A stretch of DNA of 34,154 nucleotides from an uncultured Oscillospiraceae bacterium (GCA_964632625.1 CAZWCK010000001.1:1-34154), one strand, 5' to 3'. Shown: positions 8,625 through 18,610, numbered from the stretch's first letter. Notes: generated from the letters alone by a model not told the origin. A program made the numbers and translations.

Positions 8625-10577
8625 GTGTGTGAATTTGAGGAAGTGGCTGTAGGGGATGCAGTATGGGTTCCGTTCACATTGGGTAATAAGAGAAGAAGAG
8701 CATATGTATTTCAAGTTATTGATGAACCGGAAACAAAGATAAATAGGCTGAAATTTGTTGAAGAAATTGAGAAAGAGATATCCTTAAATCCAGAAATCAT
8801 CAATACATGCTTGTGGATGAAAAAAAGGTACCTTTGCAAATATATTGATGTCGTAAAGTGCTTTACTCCTGCAGGAAATAAGCTTAAGAAGGGTGTTAGT
8901 AAGGCAAAATTCGATGATTCTTCTGGAGAAAATTTGGGCTCCATGCAGTTGACTCTTGAGCAAAGAGAAGCTGTCAATAAGATTTTTCCATACGTTGAAA
9001 GAAAAGAGCATAGAATATTTCTTATTCACGGAGTAACAGGGAGCGGGAAAACCGAAGTATATATGCAAGTCATAGGCAGGTGTTTGGAAAATAACGAGAC
9101 TGCAATTATGATGGTTCCCGAAATATCCCTTACCAAGCAGGTAATAGAAAGATTTATAGGTAGATTTGGGGCAGAAAATATTGCAGTGCTTCACAGCAAG
9201 CTTACAGAAAGAGAGAGATATGATGAATGGATTAGAATCAGGCGTGGTGAAGTTAAAATTGTAATAGGTGCTAGATCTGCGGTGTTTGCACCTTTGAGCA
9301 ATATTGGAGCAATAATCATGGATGAAGAACATGAGGCGACATATAAATCAGACAAAACACCCAAATATGATACCGTTGAAGTCGCTCTAAAAAGAGCAAA
9401 AACACACGGGAGCATATTGGTTTTGGGAAGTGCGACACCATCTGTAGTTTCAAACAGCAGAGCTGTTAGCGGTATTTATGATAAAGTCAAGCTTACAGAA
9501 AGATATAATCAGGTGCCTTTGCCTCAGGTTCAGATTGTAGACATGAGAAAGGAATTGAGAGATGGAAATAAATCTATCTTTAGTGATGCTCTTTATAGAG
9601 AATTAAATTTGTGCTTACAAGACAAAAAACAAGCTATTTTATTTCTTAACAGGAGAGGATATTCAACATTTATTTCCTGCAGAGAGTGTGGATTTGCAAT
9701 GAAATGTCCAAATTGTTCAATTTCGCTTACCTATCATAAAGAGGAAAATGCTGCAATTTGTCATTACTGTGGACATACAACCAAGATTCCGACAAGCTGC
9801 CCTGAATGCGGGAGCAAATATTTCAGGCACTTTGGAATAGGCACGGAAAAAATTGAAGAATCAATGGAAGAACTTTTCCCAGATGTGAAAACCCTGAGAT
9901 TGGATTTAGATACTATAAAGAAAAAAGGCAGTTTAGATAAAATATTGACTGATTTTTCAAAGAGAAAGGCCGATGTTTTAATAGGAACACAGATTGTAGC
10001 CAAAGGGCTTGACTTTCGTAATGTGGGATTGGTTGGGGTAATCATGGCAGATTCCACATTGAATCTTCCGGATTTCAGATCAGCAGAAAGAACCTTTCAA
10101 TTGACAACTCAGGCAGCAGGAAGAGCAGGCAGGGGTGATGAGAAGGGGAAAGTAATTGTTCAGACATATTCTCCCGAACATTATGCCATAGTTCAAGCAG
10201 CAAAACAGAACTATGAGGACTTTTATTTGAGGGAGATTCAATTGAGAAAACTATTGAACTACCCACCTTATTGTGATTTGTTTGAGATAATTTTTGCAGG
10301 ACAGGAAGAAAAAAAAGTAATAGATGCTGCAAAACATTGTGAAAAGCGGCTCAAAGAAGCTTTGGAAGAGGAAGATAATAAAAATATTTTCACACCGAAA
10401 CCGGCACCAATTTATAAATTGGGTGAGAATTTCAGATATCATATACTCATAAAATGTCCAAAGGGCAGGAGAAACAAATATGCCCTGGAAATCGATAAAA
10501 TTAGAAAAGAAGTATCGATGAACAAAAAAAACAAATATAATATGTACATAGATGTAAATCCATATAGTTTTATTTAG
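8625..10577 (+). CDS. priA: Primosomal protein N' (PriA helicase); the 5' end is uncertain, see finding on upstream in-frame TAG codons
   Basis: Walker A 'GVTGSGKTEVY', 'MDEEHE', and Cys-rich zinc region 'CRECGFAMKCPNCSISLTYHKEENAAICHYCGH...CPECGS'. The first in-frame start after TAG 8601-8603 is GTG 8625. Confidence 0.85.
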   Translation: MCEFEEVAVGDAVWVPFTLGNKRRRAYVFQVIDEPETKINRLKFVEEIEKEISLNPEIINTCLWMKKRYLCKYIDVVKCFTPAGNKLKKGVSKAKFDDSSGENLGSMQLTLEQREAVNKIFPYVERKEHRIFLIHGVTGSGKTEVYMQVIGRCLENNETAIMMVPEISLTKQVIERFIGRFGAENIAVLHSKLTERERYDEWIRIRRGEVKIVIGARSAVFAPLSNIGAIIMDEEHEATYKSDKTPKYDTVEVALKRAKTHGSILVLGSATPSVVSNSRAVSGIYDKVKLTERYNQVPLPQVQIVDMRKELRDGNKSIFSDALYRELNLCLQDKKQAILFLNRRGYSTFISCRECGFAMKCPNCSISLTYHKEENAAICHYCGHTTKIPTSCPECGSKYFRHFGIGTEKIEESMEELFPDVKTLRLDLDTIKKKGSLDKILTDFSKRKADVLIGTQIVAKGLDFRNVGLVGVIMADSTLNLPDFRSAERTFQLTTQAAGRAGRGDEKGKVIVQTYSPEHYAIVQAAKQNYEDFYLREIQLRKLLNYPPYCDLFEIIFAGQEEKKVIDAAKHCEKRLKEALEEEDNKNIFTPKPAPIYKLGENFRYHILIKCPKGRRNKYALEIDKIRKEVSMNKKNKYNMYIDVNPYSFI

Positions 10578-10591
10578 GAGGAAAATTTAAA

Positions 10592-11062
10592 ATGGCACTG
10601 AGAAATATAGTGGTAGAAGGCGATGAAATATTGAGAAAACGCAGCAGAGAGGTTGCAGAAGTTGATGATAGAACAAGGATGATTTTGGACGATATGCTTG
10701 AGACAATGCATAATGGAGAAGGCGTAGGAATAGCAGGACCACAGGTGGGCATATTAAGAAGGATGTTCATTGTAGAGGCAGAAGAAGGAAATCCAATTGT
10801 ATTTATAAATCCAAAAATATTAGAAAAATCAGGAAGCCAATCTGGAGAAGAAGGCTGTTTATCTGTCCCAGGATATTATGGTACAGTTGAAAGACCTGAA
10901 AAGTTAAAGGTCTCAGCTTTGGACAGAGGAGGAAATCCATTTGAGTTAGAGGCAGAAGGGTTTTTAGCAGTGGTAATATCTCACGAATATGATCATTTAG
11001 AGGGAATCTTATTTATAGATAAAGCTGTAGATATTCACGAAACAGTATGTGATGAGGAATAG
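10592..11062 (+). CDS. def: Peptide deformylase
   Basis: Motifs 'GVGIAGPQVG', 'EGCLSVPG' and 'HEYDHLEG'. Confidence 0.97.
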   Translation: MALRNIVVEGDEILRKRSREVAEVDDRTRMILDDMLETMHNGEGVGIAGPQVGILRRMFIVEAEEGNPIVFINPKILEKSGSQSGEEGCLSVPGYYGTVERPEKLKVSALDRGGNPFELEAEGFLAVVISHEYDHLEGILFIDKAVDIHETVCDEE

Positions 11063-11065
11063 AAT

Positions 11066-12031
11066 ATGAAAATAGTATATATGGGAACTCCTAATTTCGC
11101 TGTTTGTGCATTGCAAAAATTAGTTGAAGATGGACATGAAATAGGTTATGTTGTAACACAGATAGACAAAGCCAAGGATAGGGGCAAAAAAATACAGGAA
11201 ACTCCGGTTAAGCAAAAAGCTAAGGAGCTTGGTATTGAAGTGTTGCAACCGGAAAGCATAAGGAAAAATATTGAGTTTATTGACAAGATAAAGGCGTATG
11301 TTCCTGATTTGATTGTGGTTGCAGCCTATGGACAGATACTCCCAAAGGAAATCCTTGATATTCCGGTAAAGGGGTGCATTAACATACACGCTTCCTTACT
11401 GCCAAGACACAGGGGAGCGGCACCTATTCAAAGAGCTATTCTCGAGGGAGACGAAAATACAGGCGTTACTCTTATGTACATGGAGGAAGGCTTAGATACC
11501 GGAGACATGATTGCAAAGTCAGAGATCCCAATTGACAGAAAAACAGGCGGAAGCCTTGACGATGAGCTTGCCATATTAGGCGCAGAATTATTGGCAAGAG
11601 AATTGCAAAATATCCAAACAGGAAATATTACAAGAGAAAAGCAGGATGATACTAAATCAACTTATGCTCCAATGATATTCAAGAAAGACGGAGAAATAAA
11701 TTTTACAAAATCAGCACAGGAAATAGAACGGCTTATCAGGGCATTTGATCCATGGCCAGGAACATACACTTATTACAAGGGTGAGACCATGAAGATTTGG
11801 CAAGCAGATGTTATAGATGAAGCTGTAGATGCAGATGATTTTGAAAAAAGACAGGAAAAAAACAATTATGTACCGGGAACTATTGCAGAGGTTAGCAATG
11901 CCGGAATCAGGATTATTACAGGACAGGGACAACTTCTTGTCAAGGAAATTCAGATGCCTGGTAAAAAAAGGATAAAAATAAATGAATTTTTAAGAGGTAA
12001 CAACATTGAAAAGTTTACTGTTTTGGGGTAA
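11066..12031 (+). CDS. fmt: Methionyl-tRNA formyltransferase
   Basis: 'HASLLPRHRGAAPIQRAIL' and its position directly after def. Confidence 0.97.
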   Translation: MKIVYMGTPNFAVCALQKLVEDGHEIGYVVTQIDKAKDRGKKIQETPVKQKAKELGIEVLQPESIRKNIEFIDKIKAYVPDLIVVAAYGQILPKEILDIPVKGCINIHASLLPRHRGAAPIQRAILEGDENTGVTLMYMEEGLDTGDMIAKSEIPIDRKTGGSLDDELAILGAELLARELQNIQTGNITREKQDDTKSTYAPMIFKKDGEINFTKSAQEIERLIRAFDPWPGTYTYYKGETMKIWQADVIDEAVDADDFEKRQEKNNYVPGTIAEVSNAGIRIITGQGQLLVKEIQMPGKKRIKINEFLRGNNIEKFTVLG

Positions 12032-12063
12032 AATGTTATATTAGGGAAAGAGAGGACGGGGTT

Positions 12064-12768
12064 ATGTATTTTGGATTATTTGATCCAACGGTAGTATTAT
12101 TAATACCAGCAATAATATTTGCTTTCTATGCTCAGGCAAAAGTGAATTCTGCATATAACAAATATTCAGGGGTAAGAAACAAAAAAGGAATAAACGGAGC
12201 TCAGGCGGCGAGACAGATTCTTGATGCAAATAAATTGGGAAATGTTAGAATTGAAGTGACACAGGGAAAACTTTCAGATCATTATGATCCAAGAACAAAG
12301 ATTTTGAGGCTTTCACCAAAGGTTTACAACGAGCCCTCTATTGCTTCTGTTAGTATTGCCGCTCATGAGTGCGGTCATGCGGTGCAGCATGCCAATGCTT
12401 ATGCTCCTTTGATTGTGAGAAATAGTATTGTTCCAGTTGTGAACATTGTTTCCACTATTTCTTGGCCACTTTTGATTTTCGGACTTATAATTGGTCAGGC
12501 AGGAAATGCAACTCAAGGAAATTTTATTTTTAATTTAGGAATTATTGCCTTTTTGGGAGTTGTATTATTTCATTTGATAACTTTACCTGTAGAACTTAAT
12601 GCCAGCAGTAGAGCCATTAAGCAAATACAGGAGTTAAATATTATTTATGCGGAGGAAGCTTCGGCAGCGAAGAAGGTTCTATCTGCGGCGGCGATGACCT
12701 ATGTTGCAGCACTTGCAATGGCGGTTGCAAACTTATTGCGATTATTAGCGATTAGGGGGAGAAATTAA
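12064..12768 (+). CDS. Membrane zinc metallopeptidase (YugP/Zn_peptidase_2 family)
   Basis: 'HECGHAVQH' HExxH motif flanked by transmembrane segments. Confidence 0.8.
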   Translation: MYFGLFDPTVVLLIPAIIFAFYAQAKVNSAYNKYSGVRNKKGINGAQAARQILDANKLGNVRIEVTQGKLSDHYDPRTKILRLSPKVYNEPSIASVSIAAHECGHAVQHANAYAPLIVRNSIVPVVNIVSTISWPLLIFGLIIGQAGNATQGNFIFNLGIIAFLGVVLFHLITLPVELNASSRAIKQIQELNIIYAEEASAAKKVLSAAAMTYVAALAMAVANLLRLLAIRGRN

Positions 12769-14067
12769 ATGGATGTAAACAGAAAAACGGCGTATTTTAC
12801 TTTATTAGACGTGGAGACAAAAAGTTCATACTCAAACATTTCCTTAAACCACCATATTATTTGTAGCAAGCCCAATTCACCAGCATTTGTAAGAGAATTA
12901 GTATATGGTGTTTTAGAAAATAAATTATTGTTGGATTATATAATTGACTATTTTGTCCCAACCGGCTCATGCAAAATAAAGGCCAGTGACTTAACAGTTT
13001 TGAGAATGGGAATTTATCAGCTTATGAGCATGGACTCAGTTCCAGAATATGCAGCTGTAAATGAGAGCGTAATTCTTGCTAAGCGTTTTTGCCGTGGAAG
13101 GGAAGGGTTCATAAATGGAGTGCTTCGTTCTTTCACAAAGGATAGATATAAAATTCAGTTACCTGAGAGGTCAGAGGACGAAGTTAAATATTTGTCTATA
13201 AAATATTCATATGCACCATGGATTATTGAACTGTGGCTTGAACAATATGATGTGAATTTTGTAGAAGACTTGTTGAAAGCAGGGAATGAAACTCCGGATA
13301 CAGTAATTAGACTTAACTGGCTGAAAATCATGAAAGAAGACCTTGTTAAGCGCCTTGTAGAAAAAGGTTTTAAGGTTGAAAAAGGTCAATTGTGTGAGAA
13401 TGCATTGCATATCAAAGGCTCAGGGCTTCTATCAGGGAAGCTTTATAAGCAGGGAATGTTTTCTATTCAGGATGAAAGTTCTATGTTGGTTTCTGTTATG
13501 TTAGATCCAAAGAAGGGTGATACTGTAATGGATGTTTGTGCTGCACCAGGAGGAAAAACTCTTGCAATAGCAGAAAGAATGAATAATACAGGAAGAATAA
13601 TTGCATCTGACATATATAAGAGAAAGTTAAACATTATTGATAATGAGGCAAAAAGACTTGGCATTTCAATTGTTGAAACAAGAACTTGGGATGCTACAAA
13701 GGTGGATTCCACAATGTTGGAAAAGGCAGACAGGGTTTTGGTAGATGCTCCGTGCAGTGGACTTGGAGTTATTCGAAGAAAGCCTGAGATTAAATACAAA
13801 AAGAGAAGTAGGGATATGGATACTCTCCCAAGGAAACAGTATGAAATATTGTCAGCTTCATCAAAATATGTAAAACCAGGTGGTGTTTTGGTATATAGTA
13901 CTTGTACTATCAATACTTACGAAAATCAAAAAGTAATTGCAGAGTTCTTGAGAAAAAATTCGTTCTTCAAGAAAGAAGAGGAACTGCAATTAATGCCGCA
14001 TGTTAATGGTACAGATGGATTCTTTATTTGTAAAATGATAAAGGAAGATAGCTTTTTGAAGAAATAG
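12769..14067 (+). CDS. rsmB: 16S rRNA (cytosine967-C5)-methyltransferase RsmB
   Basis: NusB-like N-terminus, SAM motif 'DVCAAPGGKT', and catalytic 'VDAPCSGLGVIRRKPE' and 'YSTCT'. Confidence 0.93.
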   Translation: MDVNRKTAYFTLLDVETKSSYSNISLNHHIICSKPNSPAFVRELVYGVLENKLLLDYIIDYFVPTGSCKIKASDLTVLRMGIYQLMSMDSVPEYAAVNESVILAKRFCRGREGFINGVLRSFTKDRYKIQLPERSEDEVKYLSIKYSYAPWIIELWLEQYDVNFVEDLLKAGNETPDTVIRLNWLKIMKEDLVKRLVEKGFKVEKGQLCENALHIKGSGLLSGKLYKQGMFSIQDESSMLVSVMLDPKKGDTVMDVCAAPGGKTLAIAERMNNTGRIIASDIYKRKLNIIDNEAKRLGISIVETRTWDATKVDSTMLEKADRVLVDAPCSGLGVIRRKPEIKYKKRSRDMDTLPRKQYEILSASSKYVKPGGVLVYSTCTINTYENQKVIAEFLRKNSFFKKEEELQLMPHVNGTDGFFICKMIKEDSFLKK

Positions 14068-14080
14068 TGACGGTAATAGA

Positions 14081-14809
14081 ATGATAAAAGTCGGATTTAA
14101 AAGTGATAAGGGATTAAAGCGGAGCAATAACGAAGATGCTTGTTTCGTTATGCCTGAAGAAAGAGTTTTTATTGTTGCTGATGGCGTAGGTGGAAATAAT
14201 GCCGGAGAGGTGGCATCAAGAACAGCTGTTAGCAAAGTTGCTGAGTATGTAAAAAATCATGATATGACAAATGTTGTTGACGAAGAAGATGTAAGAAATT
14301 ATTTTTTAGATTGTTTGACAGAAGTAAATCAAATTATTTATGACATGGATAGCGACAGAGAAAACTTGCAAGGAAGAGCAACTACATTGGTAATAGCTTA
14401 TATCCAAGACAATATAGCTTATTTTGTTAATATAGGGGATAGCAGAGCTTATGTACTTAGAAATGAAAAATTAAGTCAAATAACTGAAGATCATACATAT
14501 GTAAACACGTTAATTAAGCAAGGAACAATTACAAAGGAAGAAGCGCGAATTCATCCAAGGAGAAATATGATAACAAGAGCTTTGGGTGGAGAATCTGAGA
14601 TTGAGCCGGATTTTTACAAGGTTGAAATCAAAGAAAATGATATTGTCCTTTTATGTTCAGATGGCTTATATGGAGAACTTGAGGATGAAAAGATATGTAA
14701 GATTTTAGTAAGTAATGAAAATATGTCGGACGCTTGTTGGAAGCTTATTACAAAAGCTAATCGTTCAGGCGGAAGAGATAATATTACAGTTATTTGTGTA
14801 AAGGTATAA
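14081..14809 (+). CDS. stp: PP2C-family Ser/Thr protein phosphatase (Stp/PrpC)
   Basis: 'ADGVGG', 'CSDGLYG' and 'GGRDNITVI'. It is paired with the downstream kinase. Confidence 0.93.
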   Translation: MIKVGFKSDKGLKRSNNEDACFVMPEERVFIVADGVGGNNAGEVASRTAVSKVAEYVKNHDMTNVVDEEDVRNYFLDCLTEVNQIIYDMDSDRENLQGRATTLVIAYIQDNIAYFVNIGDSRAYVLRNEKLSQITEDHTYVNTLIKQGTITKEEARIHPRRNMITRALGGESEIEPDFYKVEIKENDIVLLCSDGLYGELEDEKICKILVSNENMSDACWKLITKANRSGGRDNITVICVKV

Positions 14810-14825
14810 GGGAGGAAGCGTTTTA

Positions 14826-16763
14826 ATGAGTAGCAGAATACTTGCAGGAAGATACGAGCTTCTTGAAAGAATAGGCGACGGTGGTATGGCAGTTGTCTAT
14901 AAAGCAAGATGCAGACTTCTTAACAGATTTGTGGCAATCAAAATATTGAAGCCTGAATTTACAAAGGATGTTAAGTTTATAGAAAATTTCAGAAGAGAGT
15001 CACAAGCTGCAGCCAGTCTTTCTCATCCAAACATTGTGAATATATATGATGTAGGAAGAGAAGGGAATATTCATTATATTGTAATGGAACTTATTGAAGG
15101 ACAAGTTCTTAGCAATGTAATTAAAAATGAAGGGCCTCTTGAATGGAGAAGAGCTGTAGAAATTACAAAGCAGATAGCATCTGCTTTAAGTTTAGCTCAC
15201 AAAAATCATATTATACATAGAGATGTAAAACCTCACAATATATTAATGACTGAAGACGGTGTTGCTAAGATTACGGATTTTGGTATCGCAAAGGCAATAA
15301 ATTCATCAACCATAGGAGAGTCAACAGGTACCATAATGGGTTCCGTTCATTATTTTTCACCCGAGCAAGCAAGGGGTGTATATGTAGATGAAAAGTCTGA
15401 CATTTATTCTCTTGGAATAGTGCTGTATGAAATGCTTACAGGAAGGGTACCTTTTGATGGCGAAAATCCGGTTGCTGTGGCTTTGATGCATATAAATTCT
15501 GAGATGGAGTTGCCTTCAAATTTAGTAGAAGGAATACCACCTGGGCTCGAAAATGTTGTAATGAAAGCTACAAACAAATGTCAGGTAAGCAGATATGCTT
15601 CTGCAGATGAAATGTTGGAAGCCTTGAATAATTTGACATTCGTAACAAACATTGTTGGAGATTCGGTTTTTGTTGGAGCAAGAAATGTAAAACATGGAAA
15701 TGTCGTTAGTACAGCCAGCGTAAAAGATGCTGCGGGGAATAAAGAGGAACAAGTGAAGGAAAAACATGGGAAGACTTCAAAAAAGAAGTTTAAGATAAAT
15801 AAAATTAAAGTAATAGCGGCTATTCTGGCATTGCTGTGTGCAATACCAATCAGTCATTTTATTGTAAACACAATTAATAGTATTGGAGAATCAGAAGATA
15901 TAAAGGTACCGGATTTAAGGGGAATGACCTTTGCCCAAGGTGAACAGGTAGCTTTGGACAACAAATTGAAATTAGAAAAAGGTGACACTGTTTACAGCTC
16001 AGATTATGAGGAAGGGATGATAGTTTCTCAAACTCCAAATGAAAATGCTGCGGTAAAGAAAGGAAAAACTATTACAGTAAACATTAGCAAGGGTGCAAAA
16101 CAGGGAACCGTGCCAAACATAGTAAGCAAATCATATGATGATGCTGTATTCTTTTTAGAAAAATACGGTTACAAAAAAGGCAAGGTTGACTCTCAGCCTA
16201 GCGATATGCCAAAGGATACTGTTATTAGTCAGCAGCCTGAAGCGGGAGATGAAGCTAATCCAGGAACTGCAATTAATTTTGTTGTAAGTGAGGGAAAACC
16301 TGAAGGTGAAGTTAAAATGCCTCAGTTAATTGGAAAAGATATAGATGTGGCAAAAATTGAAATTGAAAAGGCTGGACTCAAGCTAGGAGACACTGTTTAT
16401 GAAAAGAGTGATGTCTATGATAAAAATCAAGTAATGTGGCAGCAATATGAAGCAGATACAGTTTTAGCGGCAGATACAACAGTTAATCTGAAGATAAGTA
16501 CTGCGGATGAATCTGCTGGGTCAAAGGCTATAGCTCTTGATATAGATTACAGCTATGCAAAGACACCAGTGTTCTATATTACAGTAATCATTTCAGATGA
16601 AGAGGGAACCAGAAAGGTTTTGGCAGGAGAGCAAAAATTGAAGGATGACGGTGGAGATGTACTTTCTCTTACGGGAACAGGCAAGGGTACGGTAACAGTT
16701 CTTTTTGATAATGAAGAGATAATGAAGAAAAATGTAGACTTTAGTACCGGAGCAATTAATTAA
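14826..16763 (+). CDS. prkC: Ser/Thr protein kinase with transmembrane segment and extracellular PASTA repeats (PrkC)
   Basis: 'HRDVKPHNIL', 'DFGIA' and 'SPEQA', then a TM helix, then three repeats of the 'VP.L.G....A...L....L' PASTA type. Confidence 0.93.
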   Translation: MSSRILAGRYELLERIGDGGMAVVYKARCRLLNRFVAIKILKPEFTKDVKFIENFRRESQAAASLSHPNIVNIYDVGREGNIHYIVMELIEGQVLSNVIKNEGPLEWRRAVEITKQIASALSLAHKNHIIHRDVKPHNILMTEDGVAKITDFGIAKAINSSTIGESTGTIMGSVHYFSPEQARGVYVDEKSDIYSLGIVLYEMLTGRVPFDGENPVAVALMHINSEMELPSNLVEGIPPGLENVVMKATNKCQVSRYASADEMLEALNNLTFVTNIVGDSVFVGARNVKHGNVVSTASVKDAAGNKEEQVKEKHGKTSKKKFKINKIKVIAAILALLCAIPISHFIVNTINSIGESEDIKVPDLRGMTFAQGEQVALDNKLKLEKGDTVYSSDYEEGMIVSQTPNENAAVKKGKTITVNISKGAKQGTVPNIVSKSYDDAVFFLEKYGYKKGKVDSQPSDMPKDTVISQQPEAGDEANPGTAINFVVSEGKPEGEVKMPQLIGKDIDVAKIEIEKAGLKLGDTVYEKSDVYDKNQVMWQQYEADTVLAADTTVNLKISTADESAGSKAIALDIDYSYAKTPVFYITVIISDEEGTRKVLAGEQKLKDDGGDVLSLTGTGKGTVTVLFDNEEIMKKNVDFSTGAIN

Positions 16764-17635
16764 TGGAAGGTTTGATAGTAAAAGGAATTGGCGGATTTTA
16801 TTATGTAAAGTCAGGTACTGTAGTCTATGAATGTAAAGCACGGGGAATATTTAAAAAAGAAGGTATTGTACCTACAGTAGGGGACAAGGTATCAATTGAA
16901 ATTTTGGCAGATGGAAAAGCAGTAATAAATGATATATATCCCAGAAAAAACATTTTTATCAGACCATCTATTGCAAATGTGGATTGTTTTGTTGTAGTTG
17001 TTGCGGCAACTCAGCCTAACCCTTCAAGGGCTATAGTAGATAAGTTTCTGGTAATGGCAGAAAAGAGTCACACCGATATTATTTTATGCATCAATAAAAT
17101 AGATTTGGCAGATGATGCAAGACTGAAGAGGATGAAGGAAACCTACGAACATTTATATAAGATGGTTTTTGTCAGTGGTGAGACAGGGCAGGGCATTCGT
17201 ACCTTGAAGGAGATGCTAGTGGGAAAGGTTGCGGCGCTTACAGGACCTTCTGGTGTTGGGAAATCGACATTGCTGAATGCAATAATGCCTAATGTTTTTG
17301 CTGAAACAGGAGAGATAAGCAGCAAGACTCAAAGAGGTAGGCACACCACAAGACATGTAGAAATTTTTGATATGGAATTTGGTGGAATGATATTTGATAC
17401 TCCAGGGTTTACTTCTTTTGAAATTCTGGAAGCAGGCGAAGAAGAATTGCAATTTCTTTATCCTGAGATGCTACCGTATATTGGTAAATGCAGGTATGAC
17501 AATTGCAGGCATCTTAGGGAACCGGATTGTGCAGTAAGAAAAGCTGTAGCTGAGGAAAAAATAAAGAAGAGCAGGTATACTTCATATATAGAGCAGCTAA
17601 ATGAGATAATTGAAAAAGAAAGAAACAAATATTAA
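16763..17635 (+). CDS. rsgA: Ribosome small-subunit-dependent GTPase A
   Basis: 'GPSGVGKSTLLN' and zinc knuckle 'CRYDNCRHLREPDCAV'. The ATG overlaps the prkC stop (TAATG). Confidence 0.95.
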   Translation: MEGLIVKGIGGFYYVKSGTVVYECKARGIFKKEGIVPTVGDKVSIEILADGKAVINDIYPRKNIFIRPSIANVDCFVVVVAATQPNPSRAIVDKFLVMAEKSHTDIILCINKIDLADDARLKRMKETYEHLYKMVFVSGETGQGIRTLKEMLVGKVAALTGPSGVGKSTLLNAIMPNVFAETGEISSKTQRGRHTTRHVEIFDMEFGGMIFDTPGFTSFEILEAGEEELQFLYPEMLPYIGKCRYDNCRHLREPDCAVRKAVAEEKIKKSRYTSYIEQLNEIIEKERNKY

Positions 17636-17704
17636 TGTATTATTAATAGATAGGGTATTCTAGTTATTATGGTACAGGGAACATGTAGGAGAAAGGATAT
17701 TAAA

Positions 17705-18355
17705 ATGGTTAGATTGGCTCCGTCGATTTTGTCGGCAGATTTTTCAAAATTGGGAGAACAGGTGGCTATTATTGAAGAGGCGGGGGCTCACCTTATACAT
17801 GTAGATGTTATGGATGGTCATTTTGTGCCAAATATAAGTTATGGTGCTACTGTAATGAAGAGCTTGTGCGGGAAAACCAAATTACCTTTTGATGTGCATC
17901 TTATGATAGAGAATCCAGATAGGTACATTGAAGATTTCATTACAGATAACACAGAGTTTATATCTGTTCATCAGGAGGCTTGCCCTCATCTTCACAGAAG
18001 TATTCAGAATATAAAGAGTTTGGGGGTAAAGGCTGGGGTTGCCTTGAATCCGGGGACTTCATTAAGTACTCTTGATTACATACTTGAAGATGTGGATCTG
18101 GTTCTTGTAATGTCTGTAAATCCGGGTTTTGGAGGACAAAAATTTATTCCGTCTGTTGTGGAAAAGGTTAGGATGCTCAGTGAAATAAGAAAAAACACGG
18201 GACTTAAATTTGAAATTGAGATGGATGGAGGATTGGATTTGAATAATTTCAAGACGGTCACTGATGAAGGTGTTGAAATTGTAGTGGCTGGGTCGGCTGT
18301 GTTTGGGGCAGAAGATATTAATGCAAGAGTAAAGGAATTTTTAAAAAATATGTAG
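17705..18355 (+). CDS. rpe: Ribulose-phosphate 3-epimerase
   Basis: 'PSILSADF', 'HVDVMDGHFVPN' and 'MSVNPGFGGQKF'. The ATG at 17705 gives the canonical N-terminus and follows AGGAGAAAGGA. Confidence 0.95.
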   Translation: MVRLAPSILSADFSKLGEQVAIIEEAGAHLIHVDVMDGHFVPNISYGATVMKSLCGKTKLPFDVHLMIENPDRYIEDFITDNTEFISVHQEACPHLHRSIQNIKSLGVKAGVALNPGTSLSTLDYILEDVDLVLVMSVNPGFGGQKFIPSVVEKVRMLSEIRKNTGLKFEIEMDGGLDLNNFKTVTDEGVEIVVAGSAVFGAEDINARVKEFLKNM

Positions 18356-18385
18356 CAAATTGGAGATAGCATAATGTATGTTTTG

Positions 18386-18413
18386 AAGAGAGCAGGAAAC
18401 TGCTCTCTTTTTG
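18386..18413 (+). terminator. Rho-independent terminator ending the priA...rpe block
   Basis: AAGAGAGCAG-gaaa-CTGCTCTCTT followed by TTTGG. Confidence 0.8.
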
Positions 18414-18492
18414 GCGCGCAAAGGGATATTTAAAATCTGAGAACAGATAAGAGAAACCACAACAAAAATATGGTAAAAAATGTAAAATAACG

Positions 18493-18520
18493 TTGACAAG
18501 AAAAATAACTGTGTTATAAT
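18493..18520 (+). promoter_or_regulatory. Near-consensus sigma-A promoter with extended -10, driving the Tad-like cluster
   Basis: TTGACA (18493-18498), 16-nt spacer, TGtTATAAT (-10 at 18515-18520). Confidence 0.7.
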
Positions 18521-18610
18521 TACAATAATACCAATAAATGTAATTAAAGCGAGTTGAATTGCGAAAGGAGGAAAAAATACCAAGTAAGTCGTAGTGAAAG
18601 GGGGAAATTG

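Noticed and set aside
8711-10442. Several long minus-strand ORFs lie antisense to priA (8711-8977, 8784-9332, 9191-9415, 9764-10057, 10075-10332, 10251-10442). Similar antisense or alternate-frame ORFs occur inside other conserved genes (for example 501-734, 2402-2665, 13467-13913, 18076-18372, 25433-25648, 30946-31341).
   Set aside because: They overlap genes with unambiguous conserved motifs. They lack SD sequences and have low-complexity, Ser/Leu/Phe/Ile-rich compositions typical of shadow ORFs in AT-rich DNA.
14068-14080. rlmN is absent between rsmB and stp, unlike the B. subtilis rsmB-rlmN-prpC order.
   Set aside because: The junction is only 13 nt, with no gene remnant. Gene order here varies among Firmicutes, so this is probably lineage-typical rather than a deletion scar.
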